A stretch of 64,000 bases of DNA from an uncultured Candidatus Binatia bacterium (lineage in GTDB: Bacteria; Desulfobacterota; Binatia; UBA9968; CAXXLF01), in assembly GCA_965218425.1 (NCBI GenBank), contig OZ244621.1, forward strand, positions 64,001-128,000, given 5' to 3'. Position 1 is the stretch's first letter. Every line of letters starts with the position of its first letter. Below the pieces are notes generated by a model. It ran no database searches, was not told the origin of the DNA, and was given only the letters and a program-made list of their open reading frames with translations. The position numbers and the translations under genes were made by a program. Below are positions 29,882-40,508 of the stretch, one piece after another.

Positions 29882-31507
29882 GTGAATGAATATGACGTCC
29901 TGGTGATCGGTGGAGGTGCCGCGGGACTGAGGACGGCCCTTGCCGCCAAAAGTGCCGGGGCTTCTGTTGGCCTGATAACAAAGGTTCATCCGTTAAGGAC
30001 TAATTCGGCCCTCGCGCAGGGTGGCCTCAATGCCCCCTTGGGCAAGGATGATTCCACAGACAGTTACGTTACCGATACCCTCGCGGCGGGAGACGGTTTG
30101 TGTGAAGCCGACGTCGTGCGCATCCTCGCCCAGGAAGCCTCCAACGAAGTCTTCTGGCTCGAGCACATGGGAGTTCCCTTCAACCGAAGCCAAGGGAACC
30201 AGCTGGCGCTTCGTCCTTTTGGGGCGAACAGTCGAAATCGAACCTGCCATGCGGATGATCGGTCCGGGCACATTGTCCTCCAAGTGCTTCATGAACAGTA
30301 TCAGCGGGAGCAAATTCCTTCCTTTGAAGAGTGGTTCGTGACCTCTTTGGTGATTGATGACGGAACCTGCCGGGGGGCCATAGCGCTTAATCTGAGGTCG
30401 GGAAAATTTGATCTGTTCCCCGCAGGCGCCGTGGTGCTCGCCACAGGTGGCTTTACCCGGACGTACAGTCCCTCAACGGTGTCAATCGGAACCACCGGCG
30501 ACGGGCAGGAGCTCGCCTACAGGGCTGGGGCACGCCTCATGGACATGGAGCTGATTCAGTATCATCCAACTGTTTATCCCGGGAAACAGGGACTTTTGAT
30601 CACCGAGGCGGTGTTAAGTGAAGAGGCGGTTATTGCCAACGACAAAGGAAACAAGCTCGAACAGTCCAAGAATGTACCCCGGGACAAGATCTGTTCGGCC
30701 ATGAATGACATGATGCAAAACGGGTCTGGTTCCGTCTTGCTGGATCTGAAACCCATGGGTAAAGAGAAATTATTATCGCAGTTTCCGCAAACCCATGAGC
30801 TGGTGCGCGCGGTTGCCGGCCTGGATTTGACCCAGGAAGCCGTGCCCATTCGTCCGGTGGCCCACCGCCCTATGGGGGGCATCGAAACCGATCATGCGGG
30901 GCAAACCTCTATCGCCGGACTGTCCGCCGTCGGAGAGTGCGCATGTAACGGGTTAAATGGCGCGGGCCGCCTGGCGGGAAATACTTTGACGGAGTCGGTG
31001 GTCTTCGGCAAAAGAGTCGGAGAAGCGGCTGCTATTTATGCGAAGGGCGCGCAAAAGAAAAACATTCCTAGCGCTCGGTTGTCCGACGAAGAGAAACGGG
31101 TTGCCCGGATTATCTCGGGACAATCGGCTCAGGATTCTTCAGGAAAGATTCATACGGAACTGGGTGAGTTGATGAACGGAAAGGTCGGGCTAGTGCGTGA
31201 CGGTGCGGCAATCCAAGAAGCCTTGAATCATATTCAAAACCTAAGGGAGCGTTACTCGAAGCTGGGTGTGAAGAACCCGTCCAAGATTTTTAACTACGAA
31301 CTCACCACGTATCTTGAGCTCGGCTCTATGTTAAAAATGGCGGAGGCGGTGACCCTGGCCGCTCAGGCCCGCACGGAGAGTCGTGGGGCCCATGCTCGGG
31401 TGGATTTCCCCAAGAAAGATGACGCCAATTGGAAAGCTCACACTTTAATTCGGTTGGTAGACGGTTCACCGAAACTGGAAAGTAAACCGGTTGGCCGCAC
31501 AGGGTAA
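29882..31507 (+). CDS. SdhA/FrdA-family flavoprotein lacking the covalent-FAD histidine
   Basis: GGGAAG, RTNSALAQGG (N in place of H), QYHPT, PRD, HRPMGG, GAGRLAGN, RTESRGAH. Confidence 0.88.
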   Translation: MNEYDVLVIGGGAAGLRTALAAKSAGASVGLITKVHPLRTNSALAQGGLNAPLGKDDSTDSYVTDTLAAGDGLCEADVVRILAQEASNEVFWLEHMGVPFNRSQGNQLALRPFGANSRNRTCHADDRSGHIVLQVLHEQYQREQIPSFEEWFVTSLVIDDGTCRGAIALNLRSGKFDLFPAGAVVLATGGFTRTYSPSTVSIGTTGDGQELAYRAGARLMDMELIQYHPTVYPGKQGLLITEAVLSEEAVIANDKGNKLEQSKNVPRDKICSAMNDMMQNGSGSVLLDLKPMGKEKLLSQFPQTHELVRAVAGLDLTQEAVPIRPVAHRPMGGIETDHAGQTSIAGLSAVGECACNGLNGAGRLAGNTLTESVVFGKRVGEAAAIYAKGAQKKNIPSARLSDEEKRVARIISGQSAQDSSGKIHTELGELMNGKVGLVRDGAAIQEALNHIQNLRERYSKLGVKNPSKIFNYELTTYLELGSMLKMAEAVTLAAQARTESRGAHARVDFPKKDDANWKAHTLIRLVDGSPKLESKPVGRTG

Positions 31508-31527
31508 AGACAGAGGAGGAGGATTCC

Positions 31528-32484
31528 ATGGAAGTTACTTTTAAAGTTTATCGTAAGGATCCGGAGAAAGACAACAAGCCGGGACACTCCAATTACACCG
31601 TGGACGTCGCAGAGGACAACACTGTGATGGACGGGCTACTCAAGATCCGGGATGAGCAGGATGGCACCCTCGCGTTCCGTGCATCTTGTCTCCGCGGTTA
31701 TTGTGGTGAGTGCACTGTACGCGTGAACGGCAAAGGCTGTTTCGCCTGTACCGCCAGGGTAAAGACATTTACCCAAAAAGGCCCTGAGATCCAACTTGAC
31801 CCGCTCCGTAACATGCCCATTATCAAGGACCTGGTTTACGACTGGGACGCATTTCTGTGGGATAAGATCAAAGCGGTTCAACCCTGGCTGGAACCGGGCG
31901 AACCGGTTTCCAATGGAGACTCGGTCACCGAGAAGGAGATGCAGGATCTACGGCATGTGATGAGTTGTTATTACTGTGGTCTCTGTGATGAGGGATGCAC
32001 CCTTCTTCCAGTGGACTTTGATTTTCTGGGGCCGGCGGCATTGACTAAGGGATATCGATTCGCATTCGACCCAAGGGATACCGCCGGAAAGGATCGTCTA
32101 AAGGTCCTCGAGCAGTCCAAAGGGGTCTGGGACTGCGTCCACTGTTTCGAGGCCACTGAACACTGCCCCAGGGGCATCGACCCGACAAAGCGGATTATGG
32201 CTATAAGGGACAAGGCCTTCAAAGTTGGCATTAGCAATGAGAGAGTCGCGCGGCATCACAAGAGCTTTGCAGCTTCTGTCAAGGAAAGCGGATGGTTGGA
32301 CGAAGGGCGGCTTGCGGTGGAATCTGAAGGCCTGACCAACGTGAAGGGTCTAGCAGGGCTTCTCCCCACAGCCGCAAGGGCTTTGGTTAGAGGAAAGGCC
32401 CCTATTCCCTATATGCACGCGAAAAGGCCTGGGGCCGACCGAATCAAGCGGATATTTGAAAAAGGAGAAAAGGAGAAGAAATGA
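31528..32484 (+). CDS. SdhB/FrdB iron-sulfur subunit with type E-like C-terminal extension
   Basis: SCLRGYCGEC..C, CYYCGLCDEGC, CVHCFEATEHCP; extension ARHHKSFAASVKESGWLDE. Confidence 0.9.
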   Translation: MEVTFKVYRKDPEKDNKPGHSNYTVDVAEDNTVMDGLLKIRDEQDGTLAFRASCLRGYCGECTVRVNGKGCFACTARVKTFTQKGPEIQLDPLRNMPIIKDLVYDWDAFLWDKIKAVQPWLEPGEPVSNGDSVTEKEMQDLRHVMSCYYCGLCDEGCTLLPVDFDFLGPAALTKGYRFAFDPRDTAGKDRLKVLEQSKGVWDCVHCFEATEHCPRGIDPTKRIMAIRDKAFKVGISNERVARHHKSFAASVKESGWLDEGRLAVESEGLTNVKGLAGLLPTAARALVRGKAPIPYMHAKRPGADRIKRIFEKGEKEKK

Positions 32485-33362
32485 AATACGCTTTTTATCC
32501 TGGTTGCGTTTCCCGTGGCGGGTGCCCGGAGCTTTATCCGTCGGCCGTGAAAGTTTCAGACGCGTTGGGGATTGAACTGGAGGAGATGAAGGATGTGGCC
32601 TGCACGGGCGCCGGGGTTCTCCCCCAGTACGTCTCCGACCCAATTAATGCCCGCACCTTTGCCAAGGCGGAAAAAATGGGTCATTCAATCATGACCATTT
32701 GCAGCACCTGCCAGGGTGTGATGCTTCAGGCCAATTACAGGCTCAAAAATGATCCAGATTATCGAGCCATGATCAACAAAGAATACCTTGCAGAGGAGGG
32801 GCTCGAGTACAAAGGAACCATCGAGGTCAAGCATCTCCTCTGGGTTATCTTTGAAGACTACGGCATTGAGCGTCTAAAGTCTTTGATCAAAAAACCCCTT
32901 AATGGGCTCAGAGTATCCCCTTTTTATGGTTGTTTCTTGCGCCGGCCTCCCGAGGTTGTTGTCCCCACGAAGGCAGAGGCTGCAAGAAAAACTTATTTGA
33001 ATGATTTGATAAGGATTCTAGGCGCCGAGTGCGTGGACTTCAGTGGCATGGGCAAGTGCTGTGGCTTTCCCATTTTAACGGCTAACGAACAAAACTCCCT
33101 CGCAATGGTTGGAAAGCATACAGGTGAGGCAAAGGATAAAGGGGCGGACTGTATGCTTACTCCGTGCCCCCTCTGTCACCTGAACTTGGATGGGAACCAA
33201 TCCAAAGCGGCGCAACAAGAGGGAAAAGATATCGGACTGCCCATAATCCATTTACCTCAATTCCTGGCCATGGCCCTTGGCTTTGACACAAAAGACCTGG
33301 ACTTGAAACGGCACCTTGTCTCAGCGGATACAGTCGAATCCAAGGTGAACATGCTTACCTAG
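32481..33362 (+). CDS. HdrB/SdhE-like CCG-domain subunit
   Basis: YAFYPGC, ACTGAG, TICSTC, FYGC, KCCG, TPCPLCHLNLD, HLPQ. Confidence 0.9.
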   Translation: MKYAFYPGCVSRGGCPELYPSAVKVSDALGIELEEMKDVACTGAGVLPQYVSDPINARTFAKAEKMGHSIMTICSTCQGVMLQANYRLKNDPDYRAMINKEYLAEEGLEYKGTIEVKHLLWVIFEDYGIERLKSLIKKPLNGLRVSPFYGCFLRRPPEVVVPTKAEAARKTYLNDLIRILGAECVDFSGMGKCCGFPILTANEQNSLAMVGKHTGEAKDKGADCMLTPCPLCHLNLDGNQSKAAQQEGKDIGLPIIHLPQFLAMALGFDTKDLDLKRHLVSADTVESKVNMLT

Positions 33363-33471
33363 GAACCCCTCGGTGGATAGCCTTGGCTTATCTTGTGCTT
33401 GCCGGGTCGTAATCGTGCGCCGCCCCGGCATTCAAACCAAGGGTTATCGCCAGACAGACAAATCGTAGCTC

Positions 33472-33675
33472 ATGACCGTGGAAAATAAATCACCTAACCC
33501 CGTGAGCCTCGCCCGTGAGATTATGCGGTTCCACAAAGAAAAACACCCGTACGGTCGTAACTACGCGGTTCGAGTCCGGCTAGGTCACGCTGAGATTCAG
33601 GACGTGACTGCCGTTGCAGAGATTCTTTCGGCAATTAAAGAGCTCGGGTATGAGGTGGTGAAGAGGAACAAGTAA
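33472..33675 (+). CDS. Small hypothetical protein upstream of frdA
   Basis: 67-aa ORF ending 3 nt before the frdA start. Confidence 0.5.
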   Translation: MTVENKSPNPVSLAREIMRFHKEKHPYGRNYAVRVRLGHAEIQDVTAVAEILSAIKELGYEVVKRNK

Positions 33676-33678
33676 GGA

Positions 33679-35412
33679 ATGGTAAGCCACGACCTCGTTG
33701 TTGTCGGAGGAGGCGGTGCCGGCTTGAGGGCCGCCATTGCCGCCGCAGAGTCATCCAACCAAAAATTGTCCATTGGCGTCGTCTCCAAGGTCTATCCCAT
33801 GCGGAGCCATACGGTATCCGCCGAGGGAGGATCGGCAGCCGTGCTACGACCGAACGACAGCCATGACCTCCATTGCAAGGATACCATCTTCGGGGCGGAT
33901 TTTCTGGCCGACCAGGACGTTGTGGAGGCCTTTGTCAATGAAGCCCCGGCGGAATTGATCCAGATGGAACACTGGGGTTGCCCGTGGAGCCGTGACCCAG
34001 ATGGAAAGGTCAGTGCGCGGTCCTTTGGAGGGATGAGCGTCGATCGTACGTTATTTGCGGCTGATAAGACCGGTTTCCATATGCTGCATGCCCTGTTTCA
34101 GACCTCCCTCAAGTACGAAAACATTGTGCGCTATGACGAGTTCTTTCTGACATCCCTGCTGTCTGACGATGGCAAGGTTCGGGGCGTAACCGCGCTCAAC
34201 ATTTATACGGGTCAATTGGAGGGGATCTCTGCCAAGGCCGTGATTATGTGCACGGGTGGTGCAGGACGGATATTCCCCTTTACCACAAACGCGGCCATTA
34301 AGACCGGCGATGGGATGGCCCTTGCCTACCGCGCAGGGGTGCCCTTAAAGGACATGGAATTTGTCCAGTATCACCCCACGGGATTACCCGGCACGGGTAT
34401 CCTGATCACCGAGGCGTCAAGGGGCGAGGGAGGCTGGCTAAGAAATAAGGACGGTTACCGCTACCTTCAGGATTATGGGTTGGGCCCTCCCACCGATACG
34501 CCAACCCATAAAAAGATGGAGCTTGGTCCACGCGACATTCTATCCCGCTGCCACATGCAGGAGCTGCAAAAAGGACGTACCTTTGAAGGTCCCAATGGTC
34601 ACTATGTCCACCTCGACCTTCGACACCTGGGCGAGGAGAAGATAAACCTGAAGCTCCCCTTTGTAAGGGAGTTGGCCAGTAAATACGTGGGCATCGATCC
34701 GGTCTACGAACCCATCCCTGTTCGTCCAGTGGTTCACTATATGATGGGAGGCATTCATACCGATATCACGGGAAAAACTCCCATTGAGGGCCTCTACGCT
34801 GCCGGGGAAACCGCCTGTGTGTCCATCAACGGCGCCAATCGGTTGGGATCCAACTCGCTCACTGAGTGCCTCGTCTTCGGCGCCCGCGCTGGAAAGGCAG
34901 CTTCCGAATATATCCAAGGGCAGTCTCCACCTTCTTCCATTACCCTCGAAGCCCTTGCCCGCGACGAGCAGAATCGAATCGACAGCCAATTCCTTAATAA
35001 CAAGAACGGGAAAGAGCGCATCGCGGACATTCGCACCGAGATGCAGATGTCCATGGAGGAAGGCATCGGGGTTTATCGCAGCGAGGAGTCCATGAAAGAA
35101 ACCTGCAATAAGCTGGCCGATCTCAGGGGACGTTTTGCCAATATCAAAGTTGAAGATGCTAAAGGCGTGTTCAATACGGAACTCACCAGCGCCCTGGAAT
35201 TGGACTTTATGCTGGATATTGCACTGGCAGTGACCCATTGCGCCCTTGAACGAAAAGAGTCCCGAGGGTCTCACACTCGAACGGACTTTCCCGAAAGGGA
35301 TGACGACCAATACCTGAAACACTCCCTTGCCTATCGCACCCAGGGAGAGCCAAAGGTGGATTACCTGCCGGTTACCATCACTCGTTGGCAGCCGGAGGAA
35401 CGAAAATACTAG
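33679..35412 (+). CDS. frdA: Fumarate reductase/succinate dehydrogenase flavoprotein subunit
   Basis: [16 protein letters not shown] (covalent FAD His), [41 protein letters not shown]. Confidence 0.93.
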   Translation: MVSHDLVVVGGGGAGLRAAIAAAESSNQKLSIGVVSKVYPMRSHTVSAEGGSAAVLRPNDSHDLHCKDTIFGADFLADQDVVEAFVNEAPAELIQMEHWGCPWSRDPDGKVSARSFGGMSVDRTLFAADKTGFHMLHALFQTSLKYENIVRYDEFFLTSLLSDDGKVRGVTALNIYTGQLEGISAKAVIMCTGGAGRIFPFTTNAAIKTGDGMALAYRAGVPLKDMEFVQYHPTGLPGTGILITEASRGEGGWLRNKDGYRYLQDYGLGPPTDTPTHKKMELGPRDILSRCHMQELQKGRTFEGPNGHYVHLDLRHLGEEKINLKLPFVRELASKYVGIDPVYEPIPVRPVVHYMMGGIHTDITGKTPIEGLYAAGETACVSINGANRLGSNSLTECLVFGARAGKAASEYIQGQSPPSSITLEALARDEQNRIDSQFLNNKNGKERIADIRTEMQMSMEEGIGVYRSEESMKETCNKLADLRGRFANIKVEDAKGVFNTELTSALELDFMLDIALAVTHCALERKESRGSHTRTDFPERDDDQYLKHSLAYRTQGEPKVDYLPVTITRWQPEERKY

Positions 35413-35435
35413 CCCATGGTGGAAGAGGAGTTTTG

Positions 35436-36182
35436 ATGAGCGACGAGAAGGTCACACTGAAGGTTACCCGCTACCGGCCAGGTCAGGATTTGGCCCCGAC
35501 CATGCAGAGTTACACGGTTCCCTATCGTAGCGATTGGGTGGTGCTGGATGCGTTAAACTATATCAAAGATCAGATGGATGGGACTCTGAGCTACCGCTGG
35601 TCCTGTCGTATGGGCGTATGCGGTAGCTGCGGGATGATGGTCAACAACGTTCCCAAGTTAACCTGCGCTGCATTTTTGCGCGATTACTATCCGGGAGAGA
35701 TCCGCGTTGAGCCTCTGGTGAATTTCCCGGTTATTCGCGACCTGGTCATTGATATGAGTGATTTCATGGCCAAGCTAAAGAGCGTGAAGCCGTGGATCAT
35801 TCGTGAATGGGAAAAGCCCGTATCCGAAGGAGAGTATCTCCAGACTCCCGAACAGCTCGACGCTTACAAGCAGTTCACGCAATGCATCAACTGCATGCTG
35901 TGCTATGCCGCCTGTCCGGTCTACGGTCTGGAACCTGAATTTGTGGGGCCCGCGGCTATTGCGTTGGGATACCGCTACAATATGGATTCACGGGATCAGG
36001 GCAACACAGAGCGGGAGTCGGTCATTGGGGGCCATGACGGCGTGTGGCACTGCACCTTCGTGGGCGAATGCAGCGAGGTTTGTCCCAAGCATGTGGATCC
36101 AGCGGCCGCCATCCAGCGTTCCAAGGTCAATACCACAAAGCAATGGTTCACCTCTTTGCTTTTACCCTGGGGGCAGAGATGA
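35436..36182 (+). CDS. frdB: Fumarate reductase iron-sulfur subunit
   Basis: [48 protein letters not shown]. Confidence 0.93.
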   Translation: MSDEKVTLKVTRYRPGQDLAPTMQSYTVPYRSDWVVLDALNYIKDQMDGTLSYRWSCRMGVCGSCGMMVNNVPKLTCAAFLRDYYPGEIRVEPLVNFPVIRDLVIDMSDFMAKLKSVKPWIIREWEKPVSEGEYLQTPEQLDAYKQFTQCINCMLCYAACPVYGLEPEFVGPAAIALGYRYNMDSRDQGNTERESVIGGHDGVWHCTFVGECSEVCPKHVDPAAAIQRSKVNTTKQWFTSLLLPWGQR

Positions 36183-36272
36183 CCCGTTCGATTAAGCTCA
36201 GGGTTATCCTGAGGAGGTCCGAAGGATGAGTCGCTCAATCCCGAGGAAGACCGATGGGAGGAGTTTCGAAGG

Positions 36273-36686
36273 ATGAACGGTCCGGGGCCCGATAAGTCCA
36301 AGCTCTATTATCCCAGCATGCCCACCATGTGGTGGTTGAGGAAGCGCAGTTACTTCCTTTTCATGGTCAGGGAGCTATCGAGTGTTTTTATAGCGCTCTT
36401 TCTCGTTGTTTTTCTCGCTCAGATCTACCAGTTAGCCGATGGCCAGCAGTCCTACACCGCCTTCATTCAAGGACTCGGGTCTCCTGCGTGGATTACCTTT
36501 CACGTGGTGGCCCTCTTGTTCGCCCTTTATCACACCTTTACATGGTTCCAATCCAGCTCGGTGGTTCTTCAGATTAAGATCGGGCGACGGGTGCTCCCTC
36601 GCTCGGTTGTCATGGCCCTCCACGTTGGAGCTTGGGTGGTGGCCTCCGCCGTTGTTTTAATCATGTTTATTTCACTACGGAGTTAA
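36273..36686 (+). CDS. frdC: Fumarate reductase membrane anchor C
   Basis: MPTMWWL..YFLFMVRELSSVF..HTFTWF; three TM helices. Confidence 0.88.
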   Translation: MNGPGPDKSKLYYPSMPTMWWLRKRSYFLFMVRELSSVFIALFLVVFLAQIYQLADGQQSYTAFIQGLGSPAWITFHVVALLFALYHTFTWFQSSSVVLQIKIGRRVLPRSVVMALHVGAWVVASAVVLIMFISLRS

Positions 36687-36688
36687 AA

Positions 36689-37024
36689 GTGGCTGAGAAA
36701 AAGACATGTGAGCCCTTTTGGTGGGCGCTGTTCTCTGCAGGGGGAGTGGTGGCGGCTTTTCTGGTTCCAATCCATATTGTTCTAGTGGGTTTGGCGGTCC
36801 CCCTTGGTTGGATCTCGGATTCCGGCGTGTTATATCAGCAATGGTGGGTCAAGGCTTATCTCTTTGTGCTCATCAGTCTGCCTCTTTACCATTGGGCTCA
36901 CCGATTTTACTTTACCCTGAACGACATGGGGCTGAAAGCGATGGGTAAATCCCTTGCCGTCTTATGTTACGGAGGTGCGGTTTTGGGCACATTTATAACC
37001 ATTTGGATCCTGCTACAGGTATAG
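36689..37024 (+). CDS. frdD: Fumarate reductase membrane anchor D
   Basis: EPFWWALFSAGG..P, LPLYHWAHR, LCYG. Confidence 0.88.
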   Translation: MAEKKTCEPFWWALFSAGGVVAAFLVPIHIVLVGLAVPLGWISDSGVLYQQWWVKAYLFVLISLPLYHWAHRFYFTLNDMGLKAMGKSLAVLCYGGAVLGTFITIWILLQV

Positions 37025-37033
37025 GAGGTTAAA

Positions 37034-37315
37034 ATGGCTGAGCAAGAAGAAAAATTAACTCAGGCCGACTTCGTAAAACGGGCAATCCAAAAGCTGAGAA
37101 AAGATCCCTATAAAGGTATCCACTCAGTCTATTCAGGTTTCAATGAGGCATTTCGGGGATATTTCAACGAAGATCCCATCAAATGGACTAATCAGCTGGC
37201 TTCTCAAGGGGTGATCGAGACCCGTCCGGCACGAGGTGGGGTTATGCTTTATCTGCCGGGAGAGGCTCCGGCGCGTAGCACCGGTCAGGACGTACTCAAA
37301 AAGATGGGGCTTTGA
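37034..37315 (+). CDS. Hypothetical protein, possible winged-helix-like
   Basis: AGGAGG RBS; YKGIHSVYSGFNEAFRGYF..RPARGGVMLYLPG; directly after frdD. Confidence 0.7.
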   Translation: MAEQEEKLTQADFVKRAIQKLRKDPYKGIHSVYSGFNEAFRGYFNEDPIKWTNQLASQGVIETRPARGGVMLYLPGEAPARSTGQDVLKKMGL

Positions 37316-37348
37316 CCTTACTCCGGCGATTCTTCCCAATCGACCCGT

Positions 37349-37747
37349 TCACTCATAAATTATAAGCTCCAAGAGATTCTGGTCCGGATCTCGGAAGTAG
37401 ATACTTTCACCAGTTGTGCCACCGGCCCGTCCTCCGGATCGAGTAACAGGACCTGCCTCAATGGGGATGGCCAGCCGTTCAAGAAGCTCCATCAACGAAT
37501 CACGCGTCCCACTCCATACAAAGCAGAAATCACCACACCCTGGTCGAGCCGTAGGGCCCTTGAGAATATATTCGTTAGACTGCCACGCAGCCGGTCCGTG
37601 GAAATTGATCTTATGGTCGCCGAAATGAACCGAGAAACGCGATTCCGACGATTGCTTTACCGTAAATCCAAGGCGCTCGTAGAAAACGAGCATCTCATCC
37701 ACCCTGGCGATAGGAATGGCTACATGATCGAAACCTGCGATGGCCAT
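37349..37747 (-). CDS. VOC/glyoxalase family protein
   Basis: FDHVAI, FYERLG, PGCGDFCF, SIYFRDPDQNLLELI. Confidence 0.9.
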   Translation of the reverse strand: MAIAGFDHVAIPIARVDEMLVFYERLGFTVKQSSESRFSVHFGDHKINFHGPAAWQSNEYILKGPTARPGCGDFCFVWSGTRDSLMELLERLAIPIEAGPVTRSGGRAGGTTGESIYFRDPDQNLLELIIYE

Positions 37748-37808
37748 ATCGCGCCCCCTTTGCCCGTAAAGTCATCACCTTTGTAACTCGCAAGCCCTCT
37801 CTATGACC

Positions 37809-37937
37809 CTAACCGTGACTTCCGCCATCTCGAAAAAGCACCTGATTCCTAACAAGGCGACCAATGGCCAGCACCATAGGGAAAACAACTAACGCTCCCG
37901 GCACCAACAGCGAGATTATAATAAGAGACACTCGCAT
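37809..37937 (-). CDS. Possible 42-aa membrane peptide
   Basis: MRVSLIIISLLVPGALVVFPMVLAIGRLVRNQVLFRDGGSHG; co-oriented with neighbours; no clear RBS. Confidence 0.3.
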   Translation of the reverse strand: MRVSLIIISLLVPGALVVFPMVLAIGRLVRNQVLFRDGGSHG

Positions 37938-38018
37938 GGCACGGGTTTCGTATTGTTTCAACTTGTCGATGGCAACTACTAGCTACGCTGATGCTAGAGC
38001 TTTCATTCGCAGCCACGG

Positions 38019-38834
38019 CTAATTTTTCGGCGTATACACTACGGGTATGCCATTGGTTCCAACTGGAATATAAACCGTTGTATGGTTGGGCGAGCTGGCC
38101 ATTTTTTGCTGAGCCATGATCGCCTCGTGTTGCAGGTAGTTGGCCGTTAGGGTTTCATTGATAATTCTCTGCGCCTCGGCAATACCCTTTGCCTCTTCGA
38201 TCTTTATTTCGGCATCCCTTTGGGCTATTTCTTTCTGTACAATTTTCTCTTCCAAAAGTTGCTGCGCGGCAAATTTCTGCTCAACGGCCTTAGAAACTAC
38301 CGGCGGATAATCGACATTTCCAACAACAAGACTCACCAGTTGGAAAGGCGTGCCTTTTACATGCTCCAATAGCTTGCTCTTGATCTTATCGGCAAGAACG
38401 TCGCGATTGCCCTTAATTTCTCGACTCGTGTATTGTTGCACGGAAGCCCGAATGAACGTTCTGAATGGCTCTTTTACAAACCGTGTGTACCAGTTTTTGC
38501 CACCGTACTTTTGCACGATCTCTTTGACCGATCCTGGAGCGATGGAAATGACTGCGTGAAATCTGAAGGCGACATTCAAATCGTCCTTTGCCAGAATTTT
38601 GAGATCTTCGTCGTAAGTGAGTGGCCGCATATCAATGTTGGTGACCCGATTGCGCCACAATGAAAACCCGAAGTTACCCGGACCTTTGATGACTCCCCGG
38701 AATCCGCCTTTGCCATATACTCGGGGTTCCTCATAAACATACCCTTCGTTCCCCGCAGGGGTGTGTGAGTTCGTGCAACCAGTGATCAGGAAAAGAATAA
38801 GAAACACCCCCGACAACAGTAATGAGTGCTTCAT
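38019..38834 (-). CDS. SPFH/prohibitin family lipoprotein
   Basis: Lipobox LITGC; band-7 domain; AEIKIEEAKGIAEAQ coiled coil. Confidence 0.88.
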   Translation of the reverse strand: MKHSLLLSGVFLILFLITGCTNSHTPAGNEGYVYEEPRVYGKGGFRGVIKGPGNFGFSLWRNRVTNIDMRPLTYDEDLKILAKDDLNVAFRFHAVISIAPGSVKEIVQKYGGKNWYTRFVKEPFRTFIRASVQQYTSREIKGNRDVLADKIKSKLLEHVKGTPFQLVSLVVGNVDYPPVVSKAVEQKFAAQQLLEEKIVQKEIAQRDAEIKIEEAKGIAEAQRIINETLTANYLQHEAIMAQQKMASSPNHTTVYIPVGTNGIPVVYTPKN

Positions 38835-39393
38835 AATAACCTCCTATCGTTTGGCTAGAACCTGTACAATATACCGTAAAACATTTGAAAGCTAACGGAT
38901 AAGCTCATCCCGTTAGGTTTGTCCTGGAGGGCACTCGGAAGGATTCCGCTGGATTTGAACGTTTAAGATATGTCGTAATCTTTAATATTTTGGCGGTACT
39001 TAGCGTCTGAATGACGCCTCTATGATTGCAATTTGAGATCATGCAGGGTTTTCCCCTAGAAATAGTTTTCCGTTCTCTTCCTTCATTGGGATTGCTAAAA
39101 CCGCCGTTCTGCCCTGAAGTACGGAAATCGAGCCTTTCCGCTTCAAGCATTTCCCGAACCTGCGCTTTTGCACCGGTATGCCAGTTGAAAGGATATCGTT
39201 TTTTGAACCTTCGATGTTCGCTTCGATATAAGCGGCAAGGAAATCAATTTTTGATGAGCTCGGACTCGATCCTCACTTTTTTCGCTTCTGCCCGGAAGGT
39301 TTGAGTCCGATATCCTTGATTCTCGCCTTTCCCATCAGTACATGATGTCAAAGCGAGAAAAGCCAATACCAGACGCAACCTTTTGTACACCCG

Positions 39394-40500
39394 TTAATCC
39401 AGCCAGTCTTTATCTTTCAATTTTTGGGGAAGATACTTTTTGGTGAGGTATTGAAAGTCCTTGTTGGCGAGGGCGTCCAGTTCGTACTTGAGACCCATTG
39501 AGAGCATTCGCTTGATTTCTTTCTGCCATTCCTTTTTTTGAAACCATGGGTAGTTCATAAGCTCTTTGGCCCGGGTAACGTCTTTATCGTTGAGCTTGAT
39601 GCCGACATTACGCGGGAGACCGTATTTTTCTGGATCGGCACTGGAAAGGCCGATAAATTTGGCCTTCGGAATGGCCATGCGCTGACTTTCAAAAGCAAGG
39701 TTGATGGAGCCCTGCTTGACCACCGAGTAGATATAATAACCCCAGGGGTCATTGTCCACGAGGACATAGACCGGGAGCCCCTTTTCTTCGTGCAGCCGGC
39801 GCGCCAGGCGCCTGACGCCTCGTGGCGGTTGGCCATTTCCCGTAAGGAGGACACAGTTATGTCCCCGCCAAAACTTGTCTTCCGAAAGTCGATTCCACTG
39901 GGTACCCTTCTCAACGAGAAGGACGAAATCAGCGGCACATCTCCTGATCTGGATGTATTCCGGCTCGACGATGGAGGGAACAGAGTAGCCGCCCTTCCCC
40001 AGCCGGGTACAGTCCACCTGGTCACCGTCATCAACCAATACCAGTGGTCCGATAACGGTACCGCCGTTGTCGGCACGTACATGTAATTCTTCACGGAGGG
40101 CTTCCAGGGAGACTTCCAGGTCTTCGATGACGGGATCTGATTCGTTTTGGCCGTCAAAAGTATTTTCGTGTGAGTCTTTAATCGTATGTTTGGCGCGGTA
40201 GTAGATTTCCCTGAGAGAGGTGGTGAGGTTCAATCGCTGGAGCTCGGACAGGGCATCCGCCACGAGCACTGTCTGCATAAATTTCTTCGCCATACCCACA
40301 TTGAAAAAAGAGCGAGCCTGTTTATTCTTTCCCATCTCGATAATGCGTTTCTTCTGGTTAAACTTGACATTGGAAAGTGAGCGCACGGGAATTTCAAGTG
40401 TCGGGTCCTTGCTCTTTTGCGCGGCCGTGATGACTGTGTCCGCGACTCCAACAAGTTTCTTCGCCACTGCACCGTTACTGCTGGGCTTTTTTCGTGCCAT
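39394..40500 (-). CDS. top6A: DNA topoisomerase VI subunit A
   Basis: SLREIYY (catalytic Tyr), QNESDPVIEDLE, TOPRIM LVEK, GQP, DNDPWG, KYELDAL. Confidence 0.95.
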   Translation of the reverse strand: MARKKPSSNGAVAKKLVGVADTVITAAQKSKDPTLEIPVRSLSNVKFNQKKRIIEMGKNKQARSFFNVGMAKKFMQTVLVADALSELQRLNLTTSLREIYYRAKHTIKDSHENTFDGQNESDPVIEDLEVSLEALREELHVRADNGGTVIGPLVLVDDGDQVDCTRLGKGGYSVPSIVEPEYIQIRRCAADFVLLVEKGTQWNRLSEDKFWRGHNCVLLTGNGQPPRGVRRLARRLHEEKGLPVYVLVDNDPWGYYIYSVVKQGSINLAFESQRMAIPKAKFIGLSSADPEKYGLPRNVGIKLNDKDVTRAKELMNYPWFQKKEWQKEIKRMLSMGLKYELDALANKDFQYLTKKYLPQKLKDKDWLD

Positions 40501-40508
40501 TGTGTTAC

